DNA from: Longimicrobiales bacterium
GTDB taxonomy: Bacteria > Gemmatimonadota > Gemmatimonadetes > Longimicrobiales > Gaopeijiaceae
Direction of reading: 5' to 3'
DNA: 64,000 nucleotides
NCBI GenBank assembly: GCA_965202985.1
Contig: CBDBCF010000001.1
Span: 2,816,001-2,880,000 of the forward strand
Below are positions 9,881-26,003 of this stretch, piece after piece. Under the pieces are notes generated by a model. It saw nothing but the letters and a program-made list of their open reading frames with translations, was not told where the DNA came from and ran no database searches. Both the position numbers and the translations under genes were made by a program. Position 1 is the first letter of the stretch. Each line of letters begins with the position of its first letter.

Positions 9881-11455
9881 TTGGCTCTCATGAACGCCAC
9901 GGAGAAGGATGCTCGCCGCACGCCGTACCCGCCTGCCGCCGCGCGGGCGGTCCTGCGCGAGCACTTCGGGTTCGACGGCTTCCGGCCGGGCCAGCAGCGC
10001 CTGGTCTGCGGCGTGCTGTCCGGCCGGGACGCGCTGGGGGTGTTGCCCACCGGCGGCGGAAAGACGCTGTGCTTCCAGCTGCCGGCGTTCGTCCTGGAGG
10101 GGCTCGTCGTGGTGATCAGCCCTCTCATTTCCCTCATGCAGGACCAAGTGGCGCGCGCCCGCGAACTCGGCCTTCGCGCCGCTTCTCTCACGTCCCAGGA
10201 CCCGCGCCCCGAACAGCGCCGCACGGAGCGCCGGATCGCCGCAAATCGGCTGGACCTGCTGTTCTGCTCGCCGGAGCGCCTCGAATCGGACCGGTTGCGC
10301 ACCCTGTTGGGCGCCGCTCGCGTCTCCTTGCTCACCATTGACGAGGCCCACTGCATCTCCGAGTGGGGGCACGAATTCCGACCCGCCTTCCGCCGCATCC
10401 GCGCGCTCCGCTCCGCAACACGTTCGCCGGTGCTGGCGGTCACGGCCACCGCCACGCCCGCCGTCCGAGAAGACATAGTGAAGATGGCCGGCATGAAGGA
10501 CCCCCTCCGTGTCGTCACGTCGTTCGATCGCCCCAACATCCGCTGGCTGGTGGCCAAGTGCCCCGCCGGCCCCGAGCGGATTCGCGCAGTCGTGGAGATC
10601 GTCCGTCGGGCGCCGGCCCGGTGCGCCGACCGGGCGCTCATCGTCTACGCGCCCACGCGGCGCCAAGTCGTCGCCGTCCGCCGCGCGTTGGCCGGCCACG
10701 GCGTGACCGGCGACGCGTACCACGCAGGCTTGCCCGCCGACGAGCGCCAAGCGGTCCAGGAACGCTTCATGTCCAAGCAGTCCAACGTGGTGGTGGCCAC
10801 CTGCGCCTTCGGCATGGGCATCGACAGGGGCGACGTGTGGGCCGTATTCCACTACGCCTTTCCCGGCTCGCTGGAGAGCTACTATCAAGAGGCGGGTCGG
10901 GCAGGCCGCGACGGCGAACCTTCCCTGGCCCTCGGCTTCGTGCACCGCCGAGACTGGCAGATCCCCAAGTCGTTCTTGAACCGGTCGTTTCCGCCGGAAC
11001 GAGAAGTCCTCGCGCTGCTCTGCAAGCTCGCCGCAGCGGACCGCCTTGAAACAGCCGCTCGCCGGGCCGGCAGGCCACACCCCCTTGCCCCGGCCGCGCT
11101 GGCCGGTCCCGGCTCGGCCAACGTGCCCCATCTGAAGTGGCTGGGACGTTCCGGCGCCGTGCGCCTTGCGCCCGCCTTCAAGGAATGGGTCGAAAGCTGG
11201 CCGGACGGCGAGGCGGACGGCCCTCCGTCCATTGCAGGCCCCGCTGCCGCCTTCACCGGCCGCGCCCCGGACCTGTCGGCCCTGGCCACGGCCCGCAAGC
11301 TTGCCTCGGGCCGCCTGGACGCCATGCGCAAGTACTGCAGGAAAAACGGGTGCCGCCGCGCGGAGCTTCTCCGTTATCTTGGAGAAACGCCTGCCCGATT
11401 GTATTGCGGCTCGTGCGACCAGTGCGAGCGACGGCGGCGCGCCCCCGCCTCCTGA
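9881..11455 (+). CDS. recQ: RecQ family ATP-dependent DNA helicase
   Basis: [41 protein letters not shown] and a C-terminal Zn site CRR...CGSCDQC. No HRDC domain. Confidence 0.93.
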   Translation: MALMNATEKDARRTPYPPAAARAVLREHFGFDGFRPGQQRLVCGVLSGRDALGVLPTGGGKTLCFQLPAFVLEGLVVVISPLISLMQDQVARARELGLRAASLTSQDPRPEQRRTERRIAANRLDLLFCSPERLESDRLRTLLGAARVSLLTIDEAHCISEWGHEFRPAFRRIRALRSATRSPVLAVTATATPAVREDIVKMAGMKDPLRVVTSFDRPNIRWLVAKCPAGPERIRAVVEIVRRAPARCADRALIVYAPTRRQVVAVRRALAGHGVTGDAYHAGLPADERQAVQERFMSKQSNVVVATCAFGMGIDRGDVWAVFHYAFPGSLESYYQEAGRAGRDGEPSLALGFVHRRDWQIPKSFLNRSFPPEREVLALLCKLAAADRLETAARRAGRPHPLAPAALAGPGSANVPHLKWLGRSGAVRLAPAFKEWVESWPDGEADGPPSIAGPAAAFTGRAPDLSALATARKLASGRLDAMRKYCRKNGCRRAELLRYLGETPARLYCGSCDQCERRRRAPAS

Positions 11456-12667
11456 ATGCATCCATACCTAGACCGGCGCCACCGCCAGCTACAGTCCGAA
11501 GTCCGCCGGTTCGCCCTGGAATCGATCGTCCCCGAGGCCAGGGAACTCGACGAGACGGCCCGCTTCCCGTGGAAAAACGTCAAGGCCATGGCCGAACGGG
11601 GCTGGCTGGGCGTTCCCGTCCCCACGGAGCTGGGCGGCATGGGCTTGGACGACTTGAGCTACTATGTGGTCGTGGAAGAGCTGGCCAAGCACGACGCCAG
11701 CCACGCCATCACGGTGTCCGCCCACACCAACTTGGGCACCTCGCCGATCCTGAACTTCGGCGACGCCGAGCAAAGGGCCCGCTTCGTGCCGCTCCTGGCG
11801 TCGGGCCAAGTGCTGGGCGGCTTCGGGCTCACGGAACCGGCCGCGGGCTCCGATTCGTCGGGCACGCGCACGAGAGCAGTCCGGGAGAACGGCGGCTACC
11901 GGATCAACGGCAGCAAGATCTTCATCACCCATGCCGGCGTGGGCGAGATCTTCACCGTCACCGCCGTCACGGATCCCGGCGCCGGACACCAAGGCATCAG
12001 CAACTTCGTGGTCTGCAAGCCGACCACCGACTTGGAAGACGCCGAACGCGCGGGCGTGGGACACCGTCCCGAGCTGCCGTACACGGAGGGGGTCAAGGCG
12101 GGCGAGAAGGAAGACAAGCTGGGCTGGCGCGCCTCGGACACGCGCGAACTCCACATGGAAGACGCCTGGGTGGACGCCGCCCAGCGGATCGGCGCGGAGG
12201 GCCAGGGCTTCAGGAACTTCATGAAGACCTTGGACGCCGGGCGCATCGGGATCGCCGCGCTGTCGCTGGGGATCGCCCAAGGCGCGCTGGACCACGCCGT
12301 TCGCTACACGGCGCGGCGTCGTCAGTTCGGCCGGCCCGTCTTCGAGTTCCAGGACGTGCAGTTCGACCTGGCAGGGCTGGCCGCGGAAGTCCAGGCGGCC
12401 CGGCACCTTGCCTACCACGCCGCGTGGCTCAAGCAGCAGGGCCGGCCCTTCGCAAAGGAAGCCGCCATGGCCAAGCTGTTCGCGTCGGAGCTGGCCACCA
12501 GGGCTTCCCGCTCCGCCGTCCAGTACTTGGGAGCCGCAGGGTACACGTCGGACCATCCGGTCGAGCGCATGATGCGCGACGCCAAGGCGTGCGAGATCGG
12601 AGAAGGGACGAGCGAAATTCAGAAGATCGTGATCGGCCGCCACCTGCGGCGCGACGCAAGCACGTGA
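11456..12667 (+). CDS. Acyl-CoA dehydrogenase
   Basis: FGLTEPAAGSD, NGSKIFIT, KLGWRASDT, RRQFG and IGEGTSEIQ motifs. Confidence 0.95.
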   Translation: MHPYLDRRHRQLQSEVRRFALESIVPEARELDETARFPWKNVKAMAERGWLGVPVPTELGGMGLDDLSYYVVVEELAKHDASHAITVSAHTNLGTSPILNFGDAEQRARFVPLLASGQVLGGFGLTEPAAGSDSSGTRTRAVRENGGYRINGSKIFITHAGVGEIFTVTAVTDPGAGHQGISNFVVCKPTTDLEDAERAGVGHRPELPYTEGVKAGEKEDKLGWRASDTRELHMEDAWVDAAQRIGAEGQGFRNFMKTLDAGRIGIAALSLGIAQGALDHAVRYTARRRQFGRPVFEFQDVQFDLAGLAAEVQAARHLAYHAAWLKQQGRPFAKEAAMAKLFASELATRASRSAVQYLGAAGYTSDHPVERMMRDAKACEIGEGTSEIQKIVIGRHLRRDAST

Positions 12668-12683
12668 CGGGACAAGGGTTCGC

Positions 12684-14207
12684 TTGAAGAGAGAGATCCT
12701 CGTAAGCGCTTCGGACCGGGAGTCCTGGGTCGCCTTGAAGGAAGACGGCAAGCTCGCCGAACTCCTGTTCGACCGGCCCGGCGAAGGTCGAATCGCCGGC
12801 GACATCTTCTTGGGACGCGTGGAGTCGGTGCTGTCCGGCATCCAAGCGGCGTTCGTGGACATCGGTTGCGACAAGGGCGGGTTCCTCCACGCGTCAGACG
12901 CGACGGGAGAACAGGACGACCGCGTGCGCAACGGGCGCAACCGCGACGGCCCGCGCATCGAGGACGTCCTGTCGAAGGGCGACGTGGTGCTCGTCAAGGT
13001 CACCAAGGAGGCCATCTCCACGAAGGGGCCTCGGGTCACCACCCGCATCTCCCTGCCCGGACGCTTCCTGGTCTACCTTCCCGCCTCGAGCCACGTGGGC
13101 GTCAGTCGCAAGATCGACCACCGGGGCGAGCGCTCGCGCCTGCGCGACATGGCGCGGACCGTCGTGGACGGACGCCAGGGCGGAGTCATCGTGCGCACGG
13201 CCGGCGAGGAGCTCACCCAGGACAAGCTGGCGAAGGAGTACGAACAGCTGCGGCGCTTGTGGCAGTCGATCCAGCGCCGGGCGGCCCGCGCGCAAGCGCC
13301 CGCCTTGGTGCACGAGGACGCCAAGCTCGTGTCGGGCGTGATCCGCGACCTGTTCACGGACAAGTTCGAGGCCGTCACCATCGACAATCGCCAGGTGTAC
13401 GAGCAGATCGCCAAGTACGTGAAGACGTTCGACCCCGCCCTGCTGGACCGCATCCACCTCTACGACGGCGGAACCCCTCTGTTCGACCACGCCGGCGTGG
13501 AAGAGGACATCCAGCGCACCTTCCGGCGCCGGGTGGACCTGCCGTCCGGCGGACACGTGATCATCGAGCCCACGGAGGCGCTGGTGTCGGTGGACGTGAA
13601 CACGGGGCGCTTCACCGGCAAGGGAAGGGCAAGGAAGAAGGATCCGGAAGAGACGATCCTGAAGACGAACTTGGACGCGGCCCGAGAGATCGCGGCTCAG
13701 CTCCGGCTGCGGGACGTGGGCGGGATCGTCGTGATCGACTTCATCGACATGGAGTCGCCCGAGAACCGCAAGAAGGTCCTGCACGAGTTGCGGAGCCGCT
13801 TGGGGCGGGACCGTGCCCGCACCCGGACGTGGGAGGTGTCGGACCTGGGGCTCGTCGAGATGACCCGGCAACGAGTGCGCCCGCCGCTGCTTCAGTCGTT
13901 GACCGATCCCTGCGCCGCGTGCGGCGGGACGGGGCGCGTCTGGTCGGCGCCGGCCCTGGTGCGCGAAGTCGAGCGGTGCATCCGCCGGGCCGCCGCCCTG
14001 GGCGACGACACGGACCTGCTGGTGCGCGTCCACCCCCAGGTGGCGCTTCAGGTCATGGAGTTCGAGCCCCGCTTCGTGCGCAAGCTGGCGCGTCGCACGC
14101 GGCTCCGCCTGGACCTGCGCGACGACCCGCTCCTGCGGCACGACGAGTTCCGCATCCTGGCCGGCCGCGCCCGGAACGACGTCACCGACAAGTACCGCGT
14201 GGCCTGA
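12684..14207 (+). CDS. Rne/Rng family ribonuclease (RNase G-like)
   Basis: IQAAFVDIG S1 region, KGPRVTT, TEALVSVDVNTG, LRLRDVGGIVVIDFIDM and CxxCxGxG. Confidence 0.95.
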   Translation: MKREILVSASDRESWVALKEDGKLAELLFDRPGEGRIAGDIFLGRVESVLSGIQAAFVDIGCDKGGFLHASDATGEQDDRVRNGRNRDGPRIEDVLSKGDVVLVKVTKEAISTKGPRVTTRISLPGRFLVYLPASSHVGVSRKIDHRGERSRLRDMARTVVDGRQGGVIVRTAGEELTQDKLAKEYEQLRRLWQSIQRRAARAQAPALVHEDAKLVSGVIRDLFTDKFEAVTIDNRQVYEQIAKYVKTFDPALLDRIHLYDGGTPLFDHAGVEEDIQRTFRRRVDLPSGGHVIIEPTEALVSVDVNTGRFTGKGRARKKDPEETILKTNLDAAREIAAQLRLRDVGGIVVIDFIDMESPENRKKVLHELRSRLGRDRARTRTWEVSDLGLVEMTRQRVRPPLLQSLTDPCAACGGTGRVWSAPALVREVERCIRRAAALGDDTDLLVRVHPQVALQVMEFEPRFVRKLARRTRLRLDLRDDPLLRHDEFRILAGRARNDVTDKYRVA

Positions 14208-14241
14208 ACCGTCGGGGCCGGAAACGGAGTAGATTGCGACC

Positions 14242-15873
<1,632 letters not shown>

Positions 15874-16437
15874 CCTTGCAGTGGCGCGCCAATACGGGGC
15901 CGCCGCACAGCTCGCAGGCCGACTCCGCGATGTAGCGGCGCCCGAGCGCCACGTAGTGGGCGGCGCTCCGCTCGGTCCATGCCGCCGCCCGCGGACTCAA
16001 CGCCCGTACACGGCCGGGCACCCCCGCCACCAGCCGCCCGCTCGGCACGTCGGCGCCCCCCTTCACCACGGCGCCGGCGGCCACCACGCAGCCTTCTCCA
16101 AGGCGAGCGCCCTGGAGCACGGAGGCGTTCATCCCCACCACCGTTCGCCGCCCGACCCGACAGCTCTCCAGTACGGCGCCGTGACCCACCGTCGCCTCTT
16201 CCTCCACGATCGTGTCGCCCGCGGCGCTCACGTGCACCACGACGTTGTCCTGCACGTTGGCGCGCGCGCCGATCCGAATGCCGTGCCCCGGATGGTCGCC
16301 TCGCAACACGGCGCCGAACCAGACGCTGGCCTCGTGGCCGATCCTCACGTCCCCGATCAGCACGGCTCCGGGCGCCACGAAAGCGCTTTCCGCAACCCGG
16401 GGCCGGCGCCCTCCGAGCGCGACGACCCTCGGCGCCG

Positions 16438-17697
16438 TCACCCTTCGTCCGCGTGCTGTGGCCGTCGCAGCAGGCGAGCGCGCAACACCTGCGTCTCCGA
16501 CGCCTCCAGGACCTCGATGCGCACTCCCTCGGCTTCGAGCGACGCTCCCGCGTTCGGCACTTCCCCAAGCTCTTCCAGGATGAATCCGTTCAAGGATCGG
16601 TGCTCGCCCGCCGGCAGGTCGCTGCCGAAGGCGTCGTTGACGGCGCGAATCTCCGCAGCGCCGGAGACGACGATCTCGTCGGCGGAAACGCGCACCAGCG
16701 GTTCCTCGTCCACGTCGGTCTCGTCCACGATCTCTCCAACCAGCTCTTCCAGCACGTCTTCCAGCGTGATGAGGCCGTCGGTGCCGCCGAACTCGTCGGC
16801 CACGATCCCCATGTGGACCCGCCTAGCGCGGAACTCCGCCAGCAGCTTGGCCAGCGACAGGGAACCGGGCACGAACATGGGCTCGCGGGCGAACCGGGAC
16901 AGCGGCGCGTCGTGCTGCTGCCCGGCCACGTAGGCGGCGTAAGCCTCCCGCACGTGAAGGATCCCCGTCACGTCGTCGATGTTGTCGCCGTAGACGGGCA
17001 CCCGAGAATGCGGCACGGCGCCCAGCTTGGGGACGATCTCGCCCAGCAAGGCCGAGTCCTTCCAGGCGAAGATGTCCACGCGCGGCGTCATGGCGTCCCA
17101 TGCGTTCCGCTCGTCCAGCTGAAACGCGCGCTCCACCAACCGGTGCTCGTCGGCCTCGACCACCCCTTCCCCGGTCCCGATCTCCAGGGCTTCTCTCACG
17201 TGAAGCTCGGCCGACGAAGCGTCGTTGTCGGCGGTCCCTCCCCGCGGAAGCCGTTCCAGCAGGCGGAGCGGCAGCGCGAGCCACCGAAAGAGTCCCGAGC
17301 CCCGCCGAAGGAACGGCGCCGCCACCAGCGCCAACCGAACGGGACGCCGGCTCCCCAGCCCCCGGGGCACCACGTCGCCCGCCAGCAGCACGACCAGCAC
17401 GAGCGCCGGCGCCGCCCACTTGGCCGCCCCCGGCCCCCAGATGGCCAGCGTCGCCGACAGCCCCGCCGCCACGGCCCCCAGACAGCAGAGCGTGCGCAGC
17501 ACCGACAGCGGCGACGTGGCCACGTCGCCCGCCCGAATCGCCGAGAGCGCGTCGGCCCCGGCGAAGCCCTCGCCGGCCATGATCCGGACCTTGCTGCGGT
17601 CGATCGCCAGAACGGCTGCCAGCGCCGCGGTCAATGCCGCCGACAGAAGCACCATGCCCGCGGCGGCCACCGCGAGCCCCGCGATCAACCACTCCAA
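16438..17697 (-). CDS. Hemolysin/CNNM family CBS-domain protein (TlyC/CorC-like)
   Basis: N-terminal TM region, MTPRVDI, HSRVPVY, DEFGGTDGLITLEDVLEELVGEI and CorC_HlyC tail. Confidence 0.93.
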   Translation of the reverse strand: MEWLIAGLAVAAAGMVLLSAALTAALAAVLAIDRSKVRIMAGEGFAGADALSAIRAGDVATSPLSVLRTLCCLGAVAAGLSATLAIWGPGAAKWAAPALVLVVLLAGDVVPRGLGSRRPVRLALVAAPFLRRGSGLFRWLALPLRLLERLPRGGTADNDASSAELHVREALEIGTGEGVVEADEHRLVERAFQLDERNAWDAMTPRVDIFAWKDSALLGEIVPKLGAVPHSRVPVYGDNIDDVTGILHVREAYAAYVAGQQHDAPLSRFAREPMFVPGSLSLAKLLAEFRARRVHMGIVADEFGGTDGLITLEDVLEELVGEIVDETDVDEEPLVRVSADEIVVSGAAEIRAVNDAFGSDLPAGEHRSLNGFILEELGEVPNAGASLEAEGVRIEVLEASETQVLRARLLRRPQHADEG

Positions 17698-17752
17698 GGA
17701 GCGGCCCCCTCTTCCCTGCGACTCGGAGGCTGGTCGTCGGGCTGGCCGGCCT

Positions 17753-18808
17753 CTATGTCCATTTCCTGCTCTCGCCGATCAGCTCGGCGATCACGTCGCG
17801 GGTGCTCATTCCCTCGGCCTCGCCGTCGAAGTTGACGACGATGCGATGGCCCAGGATCGCCGGTGCGATGTCGTGCACATCCTCCATCGTCGGTACCGGC
17901 GCCCCTCGAAACGCCGCGCGGGCCTTGGCGCCCAGCACCAGGTACTGGGATGCTCGCGGACCCGCGCCCCAGCTTACGTAGCGCTTGGCGACCGCCGCCT
18001 GCTCCTGGCCGCCCGGCCGCGTGGAGCGGGCCAGCCGCACCGCATAGGACACGATCGACGGCGGTACGGGAATGCGCCGCACCAAGCGCTGGAGCTCGAG
18101 GATCTCGTCGCCGTGTACCACGGGTTCGACCTCCACGTCCTGCACTTCGGTAGTCAGCGTGGCGATCCGTTCCTCTTCTCCCCGGTCCGGGTATCCGATC
18201 CGCAGATCGAACATGAACCGGTCCAGCTGGGCCTCGGGCAGGGGATACGTGCCCTCTTGCTCGATGGGGTTCTGCGTGGCCAGCACGAAGAACGGCGGGT
18301 CCAGGTGGTAGGTCTTGCCGGCCGCCGTCACGTCGCGCTCCTGCATGGCCTCGAGAAGCGCCGCCTGCGTCTTCGGCGGCGTCCGGTTGATTTCGTCCGC
18401 CAGCACGATGTTGGCGAAGATCGGGCCAGGCACGAAGCGGAAGACGCGACGGCCAGTGGCCTTGTCCTCTTCGATCACGTCCGTGCCCGTGATGTCCGTG
18501 GGCATCAGGTCGGGCGTGAACTGGATCCGAGAGAACTTGAGGTGGAGCGCCTCCGCCAGCGTCGAGATGATCAGCGTCTTGGCCAAGCCCGGGACCCCGA
18601 CCAGCAACACGTGGCCGTTGGCCATCATGGCGGTCAGGATTCCGTCGACGACGTGTTGCTGGCCCACGATCCGGCGCTCCACCGCGCTCCGAAGCTCGGA
18701 TGCGATCTCGCCGGCGCGCCGAAGGAGCCGAACGTCCCGGTCCGCATCCGGTTCGGGGGCGGCGACACGGGGGACTGGCGGGGCCGGCGGGGAAGAGATG
18801 GCGGTCAT
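17753..18808 (-). CDS. MoxR family AAA+ ATPase
   Basis: GVPGLAKT, RIQFTPDLMP, LADEINRTPPKTQAALLEAMQE and EGTYPLPEAQLDRF. Start taken at ATG 18808. Confidence 0.95.
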   Translation of the reverse strand: MTAISSPPAPPVPRVAAPEPDADRDVRLLRRAGEIASELRSAVERRIVGQQHVVDGILTAMMANGHVLLVGVPGLAKTLIISTLAEALHLKFSRIQFTPDLMPTDITGTDVIEEDKATGRRVFRFVPGPIFANIVLADEINRTPPKTQAALLEAMQERDVTAAGKTYHLDPPFFVLATQNPIEQEGTYPLPEAQLDRFMFDLRIGYPDRGEEERIATLTTEVQDVEVEPVVHGDEILELQRLVRRIPVPPSIVSYAVRLARSTRPGGQEQAAVAKRYVSWGAGPRASQYLVLGAKARAAFRGAPVPTMEDVHDIAPAILGHRIVVNFDGEAEGMSTRDVIAELIGESRKWT

Positions 18809-18956
18809 GGAAGTCCTTGGGCCGGGGGCAGGCGCCGAAGATAGACGACGGGCGAATTGGCGGTCAAGGCGGGCCGACGAAAGGCCCCGTCCATTCCCGA
18901 CGCGGCACGCCGCCGCCGCGACTCCCGTCGCCTTCGAACGAGCCGATCGACCCCGC

Positions 18957-18974
18957 TTGCGAATTTTTTCACAA
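18957..18974. promoter_or_regulatory. Putative Rex operator upstream of atp operon
   Basis: TTGCGAA-TTTT-TTCACAA, one mismatch to the Rex consensus TTGTGAA-N4-TTCACAA. Confidence 0.7.
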
Positions 18975-18984
18975 GCGCTACGTT
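18957..18984 (+). promoter_or_regulatory. Candidate sigma70 promoter of atp operon
   Basis: TTGCGA-N16-TACGTT in the only AT-rich patch of the intergenic region. Confidence 0.45.
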
Positions 18985-19086
18985 TCTTGTGCTGTGCGGG
19001 CGTTTTCCGGTCGCGGGCGCTCGGGCGCGGATCGCCCCAGGCGGGCCGAGTTTCTTCGCGACCGGCGGAGCACGGACGACAGACTC

Positions 19087-19347
19087 GTGAAGGACGTTCG
19101 GAACCCGTCCCAGGAGCCGGCTGGAAGCGGTTCCGGCGGGCTTCACCGCTACGCGGGCTACGGCTTCGCGTGGGCCGGTGCGGCATTGCTGGGAGGCTGG
19201 GCGGGGTTGGAGCTGGACCAGCGTTTTGGAACCGCTCCCTTGTTTGCGCTGCTGGGCGCTCTCGGCGGCGCAGGGGCGGGGCTGTACACCCTCTACGTGC
19301 GGCTTGTCGTGGAGCCTGCCGCAAAGGAGAAGGAAGAACAGGGATGA
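19087..19347 (+). CDS. AtpZ/AtpI family protein (ATP synthase operon gene 1)
   Basis: Two TM helices with G..LDQRFGTAP.F motif. First gene of the atp operon. Confidence 0.85.
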   Translation: MKDVRNPSQEPAGSGSGGLHRYAGYGFAWAGAALLGGWAGLELDQRFGTAPLFALLGALGGAGAGLYTLYVRLVVEPAAKEKEEQG

Positions 19348-19703
19348 AGCGGTCACCGTCCTTCGCGACCACGGCCCTTGGGCTGGTGGCGGCGCTGGCG
19401 CTGGCGGCGTGGCCCCTGGCGGGCGACGGGGGCGGAGGCGCGGTCGTTTGGGCCGGCGCATGGGCGCTGGCGACGCAAGTGCCCCTCCACTTCCTGCTGA
19501 GAGGTTGGCGACGGCGCGCCGACCGGTTCGTCGCGGCGCTGGCCGTGGCGTTCGCGGCGCGCGCAGCGCTCCTCGCTGCATCCGTGGCCGTGCTCGTTGC
19601 GACTGCGTTCGCCCATCCCGCCGCCTTCCTCCTCAGCCTGGCCGTCTTCTTGGTTGCCACCTCCGTCGCGGAGGCGGTCTTGGAGTACCGGGCGGCCGCA
19701 TGA
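19344..19703 (+). CDS. ATP synthase protein I-like 4-TM protein
   Basis: Hydrophobic 119-aa ORF with ATGA overlaps to both neighbours. Confidence 0.7.
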   Translation: MKRSPSFATTALGLVAALALAAWPLAGDGGGGAVVWAGAWALATQVPLHFLLRGWRRRADRFVAALAVAFAARAALLAASVAVLVATAFAHPAAFLLSLAVFLVATSVAEAVLEYRAAA

Positions 19704-20626
19704 CATCCCTTCGGGCCGTCGCCCTTCAGGCATCCCAAGAGGGACATGCCGACCCCGCGCACCCGACTGCGCCGGGCTTCGACCTGGGCGAGATGCTTTC
19801 GCACCACATCCTCAACGCCGCGAAGTACGAGTTGCCGTGGGGCGAGGTCCCCCTCCCGCACTGGACCCCGGTGTCCGTGGGCGGGCTCCAAGTCGACCTG
19901 TCGCCCACCAAGCACGTCGTCCTCATGCTCCTGGCCGCCGCCATCACCACCGTGGCGGTCGTGGCCGTCGCCCGCGCCGTGACCGGCCGCGGCGCGGGCC
20001 GGGCGCCCTCCGGCTTCGCCAACGCCGTCGAAGCCGTCGTCGTCTTCTTCCGCGACGACGTGTGCAAGGGGAACATCGGCCCGGGCTATCAGCGCTTCGT
20101 GCCGTTCGTCCTCACGCTGTTCTTCTTCATCCTGACGATGAACCTCCTGGGGCTGTTGCCCTGGGGCGGCACGGCCACCGGCAACCTGACGGTCACTGCG
20201 TCCCTGGCGGTGGTCACCTTCTTCGTCACGGAGATCTCCGGGTTCCGGGCGCTGGGGTTCGCCGGCTACATGAGAACGATCTTCTTCGCGCCGCCGGGGA
20301 TGAGCGGGATCGGGAAGTTCCTGATCCTGTGCCTCATGACCCCGGTGGAGCTCATGGGCAAGTTCACCAAGCCCTTCGCCCTCGCCATCCGGCTCTTCGC
20401 CAACATGACCGCGGGCCACATGCTCATCTTCTCTCTCCTGGGCCTGATCTTCGTCTTCGCCGACCTCTACGCCGGCAACTGGCTGGTCGTGGGCGGCGTG
20501 GCCGGGGCGTCGTTCGTCATGGTCTCGCTGATCATGCTCATGGAGCTGCTCATCGCCCTCATCCAAGCGTACGTCTTCGCCATGCTGTCGGCCGTCTTCA
20601 TCGGCCTCATGCAGCACGAACACTGA
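19700..20626 (+). CDS. atpB: F0 ATP synthase subunit a
   Basis: NLLGLLP, KPFALAIRLFANMTAGH and ELLIALIQAYVF. Confidence 0.97.
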   Translation: MTSLRAVALQASQEGHADPAHPTAPGFDLGEMLSHHILNAAKYELPWGEVPLPHWTPVSVGGLQVDLSPTKHVVLMLLAAAITTVAVVAVARAVTGRGAGRAPSGFANAVEAVVVFFRDDVCKGNIGPGYQRFVPFVLTLFFFILTMNLLGLLPWGGTATGNLTVTASLAVVTFFVTEISGFRALGFAGYMRTIFFAPPGMSGIGKFLILCLMTPVELMGKFTKPFALAIRLFANMTAGHMLIFSLLGLIFVFADLYAGNWLVVGGVAGASFVMVSLIMLMELLIALIQAYVFAMLSAVFIGLMQHEH

Positions 20627-20658
20627 GCCCACCAAGAACCACCCACCACGGAGAAACC

Positions 20659-20943
20659 ATGCTCTACGCGACGCTGGCGGTCTTCCAGGACGCCGCCGCC
20701 CAGATGGAACTGGACACCGCCAAGAACACCTTTGCCCTGCTGGGCGCCGGGATCGGGGCCGGTCTCGCCGTCGTCGGCGCCGGCCTGGGGATCGGCCGCA
20801 TCGGCGAAGGCGCCACGCAGGGGATCGCCCGCCAGCCCGAGGCGGCCGGCGAGATCCGCAACCTGGCCATCCTGCTGTCGGTCTTCGTGGAGGGCGCCGC
20901 GCTCTTCACGATCGTCATCGCCGCCCTCTTCAAGTTCATCTGA
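20659..20943 (+). CDS. atpE: F0 ATP synthase subunit c
   Basis: GAGLGIG, ARQPEA and conserved Glu (VEG). RBS GGAG upstream. Confidence 0.97.
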   Translation: MLYATLAVFQDAAAQMELDTAKNTFALLGAGIGAGLAVVGAGLGIGRIGEGATQGIARQPEAAGEIRNLAILLSVFVEGAALFTIVIAALFKFI

Positions 20944-21527
20944 TGACGACGACTGCGCTGCGCGCGGCGGCGCAGGACGAGGCGGCGCACGGAGCGGCGT
21001 GGGACACCCTCTTCGCCGTCGACACGGGGCTCTCCCTGTGGACCCTGCTGACGTTCGGGGCCATGCTCCTCATCCTGTGGCGCTTCGCGTGGAAGCCGCT
21101 GCTGGGGGCTCTCGACGCCCGGGAGACGGGCATTCAAGAGGCCATCGACGAGGCTCGGAGGCAGCAGGAGGAGGCCCAGCGCTTGGTCAAGGAACAGCAG
21201 GAGAAGCTCGCCGAGAGCCGCCGCCAAGCCCAGTCGATCGTGGCCGAAAGCCGAGAAGCCGCCGATCAGCTTCGGCGAGAGCTGGAAACCAAGGCTCGCA
21301 AGGAGAGTCACGCGATCATCGAAGGCGCGCGCCGCGAGATCCTGCGCGAGCGCGACGCGGCGGTGGAAACGCTCCGCCGGGAATCGGTGGAGCTGGCGAT
21401 GGCCGCGGCCTCGCGCCTCTTGTCAGAGCGCCTGGACGACGACCGGGACCGGCGGCTCGTCATGGCGTACGTGGACGAGATGTCCAAGTCCGGCGGCTTC
21501 TCCAAGTCCGGCGGCTTCCAGGCCTGA
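20943..21527 (+). CDS. atpF: F0 ATP synthase subunit b
   Basis: TM anchor, [13 protein letters not shown] and long coiled coil. Confidence 0.95.
   Translation: MTTTALRAAAQDEAAHGAAWDTLFAVDTGLSLWTLLTFGAMLLILWRFAWKPLLGALDARETGIQEAIDEARRQQEEAQRLVKEQQEKLAESRRQAQSIVAESREAADQLRRELETKARKESHAIIEGARREILRERDAAVETLRRESVELAMAAASRLLSERLDDDRDRRLVMAYVDEMSKSGGFSKSGGFQA
21483..21518 (+). repeat. Perfect 18-bp tandem duplication at 3' end of atpF
   Basis: TCCAAGTCCGGCGGCTTC x2, encoding SKSGGF twice. Confidence 0.9.
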
Positions 21528-21533
21528 GGCGCC

Positions 21534-22109
21534 GTGAGAGACGACACCATCGCCCGGAACTACGCCGAAACGCTCTTCGAGCTGGCGGAGCACCACGAGG
21601 GCGTGGAAGCGTTCGGCGAAGCGATGGCCGCCGTGGCCGACTTGGTCGAAGATCCCAGGGTGCGCCTGTTCCTGGAGACGGCCCGCGTGCCGGCCTCCGC
21701 CAAGAAGTCGGCGCTGGCGGGGGCTCTGGGACCGGCCGCGCCAGCCGCCTTCGTCGCGTTCCTGAAGGTGGTCGTGGACAAGCGGCGACAGCGACTTCTG
21801 TCGGAGATCGGGCGGGAGTACGAGCAGCTGCTGGACCGCCGTCGAGGGCGCCGCTACGTGGAAGTGGCAGTGGCGCGTCCATTGACCGAAGGCGCGGCGG
21901 AGGAGCTGGCGGCGCGGATGTCCAAGGCCACGGGCACGCAAGTCATCCCCCACGTCAAGGTGGTCCCGAGCATCTTGGGCGGCGTCGTGATCCGAGACGG
22001 CGACATCGTCTACGACGGCTCGTTGAGGCGTCAGCTGGGCCTCATGCGACGCCGTCTGCTGGCGGCCGAGCTGCCGCCCGCCCGCCCGCCCGGCCCGGAA
22101 GCGCAATAG
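21534..22109 (+). CDS. atpH: F1 ATP synthase subunit delta
   Basis: [10 protein letters not shown] and [19 protein letters not shown]. Confidence 0.95.
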   Translation: MRDDTIARNYAETLFELAEHHEGVEAFGEAMAAVADLVEDPRVRLFLETARVPASAKKSALAGALGPAAPAAFVAFLKVVVDKRRQRLLSEIGREYEQLLDRRRGRRYVEVAVARPLTEGAAEELAARMSKATGTQVIPHVKVVPSILGGVVIRDGDIVYDGSLRRQLGLMRRRLLAAELPPARPPGPEAQ

Positions 22110-22138
22110 AACCGCGAAACCACAGGAAAGACCACGAA

Positions 22139-23689
<1,551 letters not shown>

Positions 23690-23691
23690 AG

Positions 23692-26002
<2,311 letters not shown>

Positions 26003-26003
26003 G

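Noticed and set aside
18809..20635. Apparent 960-aa MoxR with long N-terminal extension
   Set aside because: The extension is antisense to atpI/atpB. MoxR homology starts near 18808.
20659..20943. Possible Na+-translocating ATP synthase
   Set aside because: Subunit c lacks the Gln and Glu-Ser/Thr Na+ signature (has E-G-A), consistent with H+ coupling.
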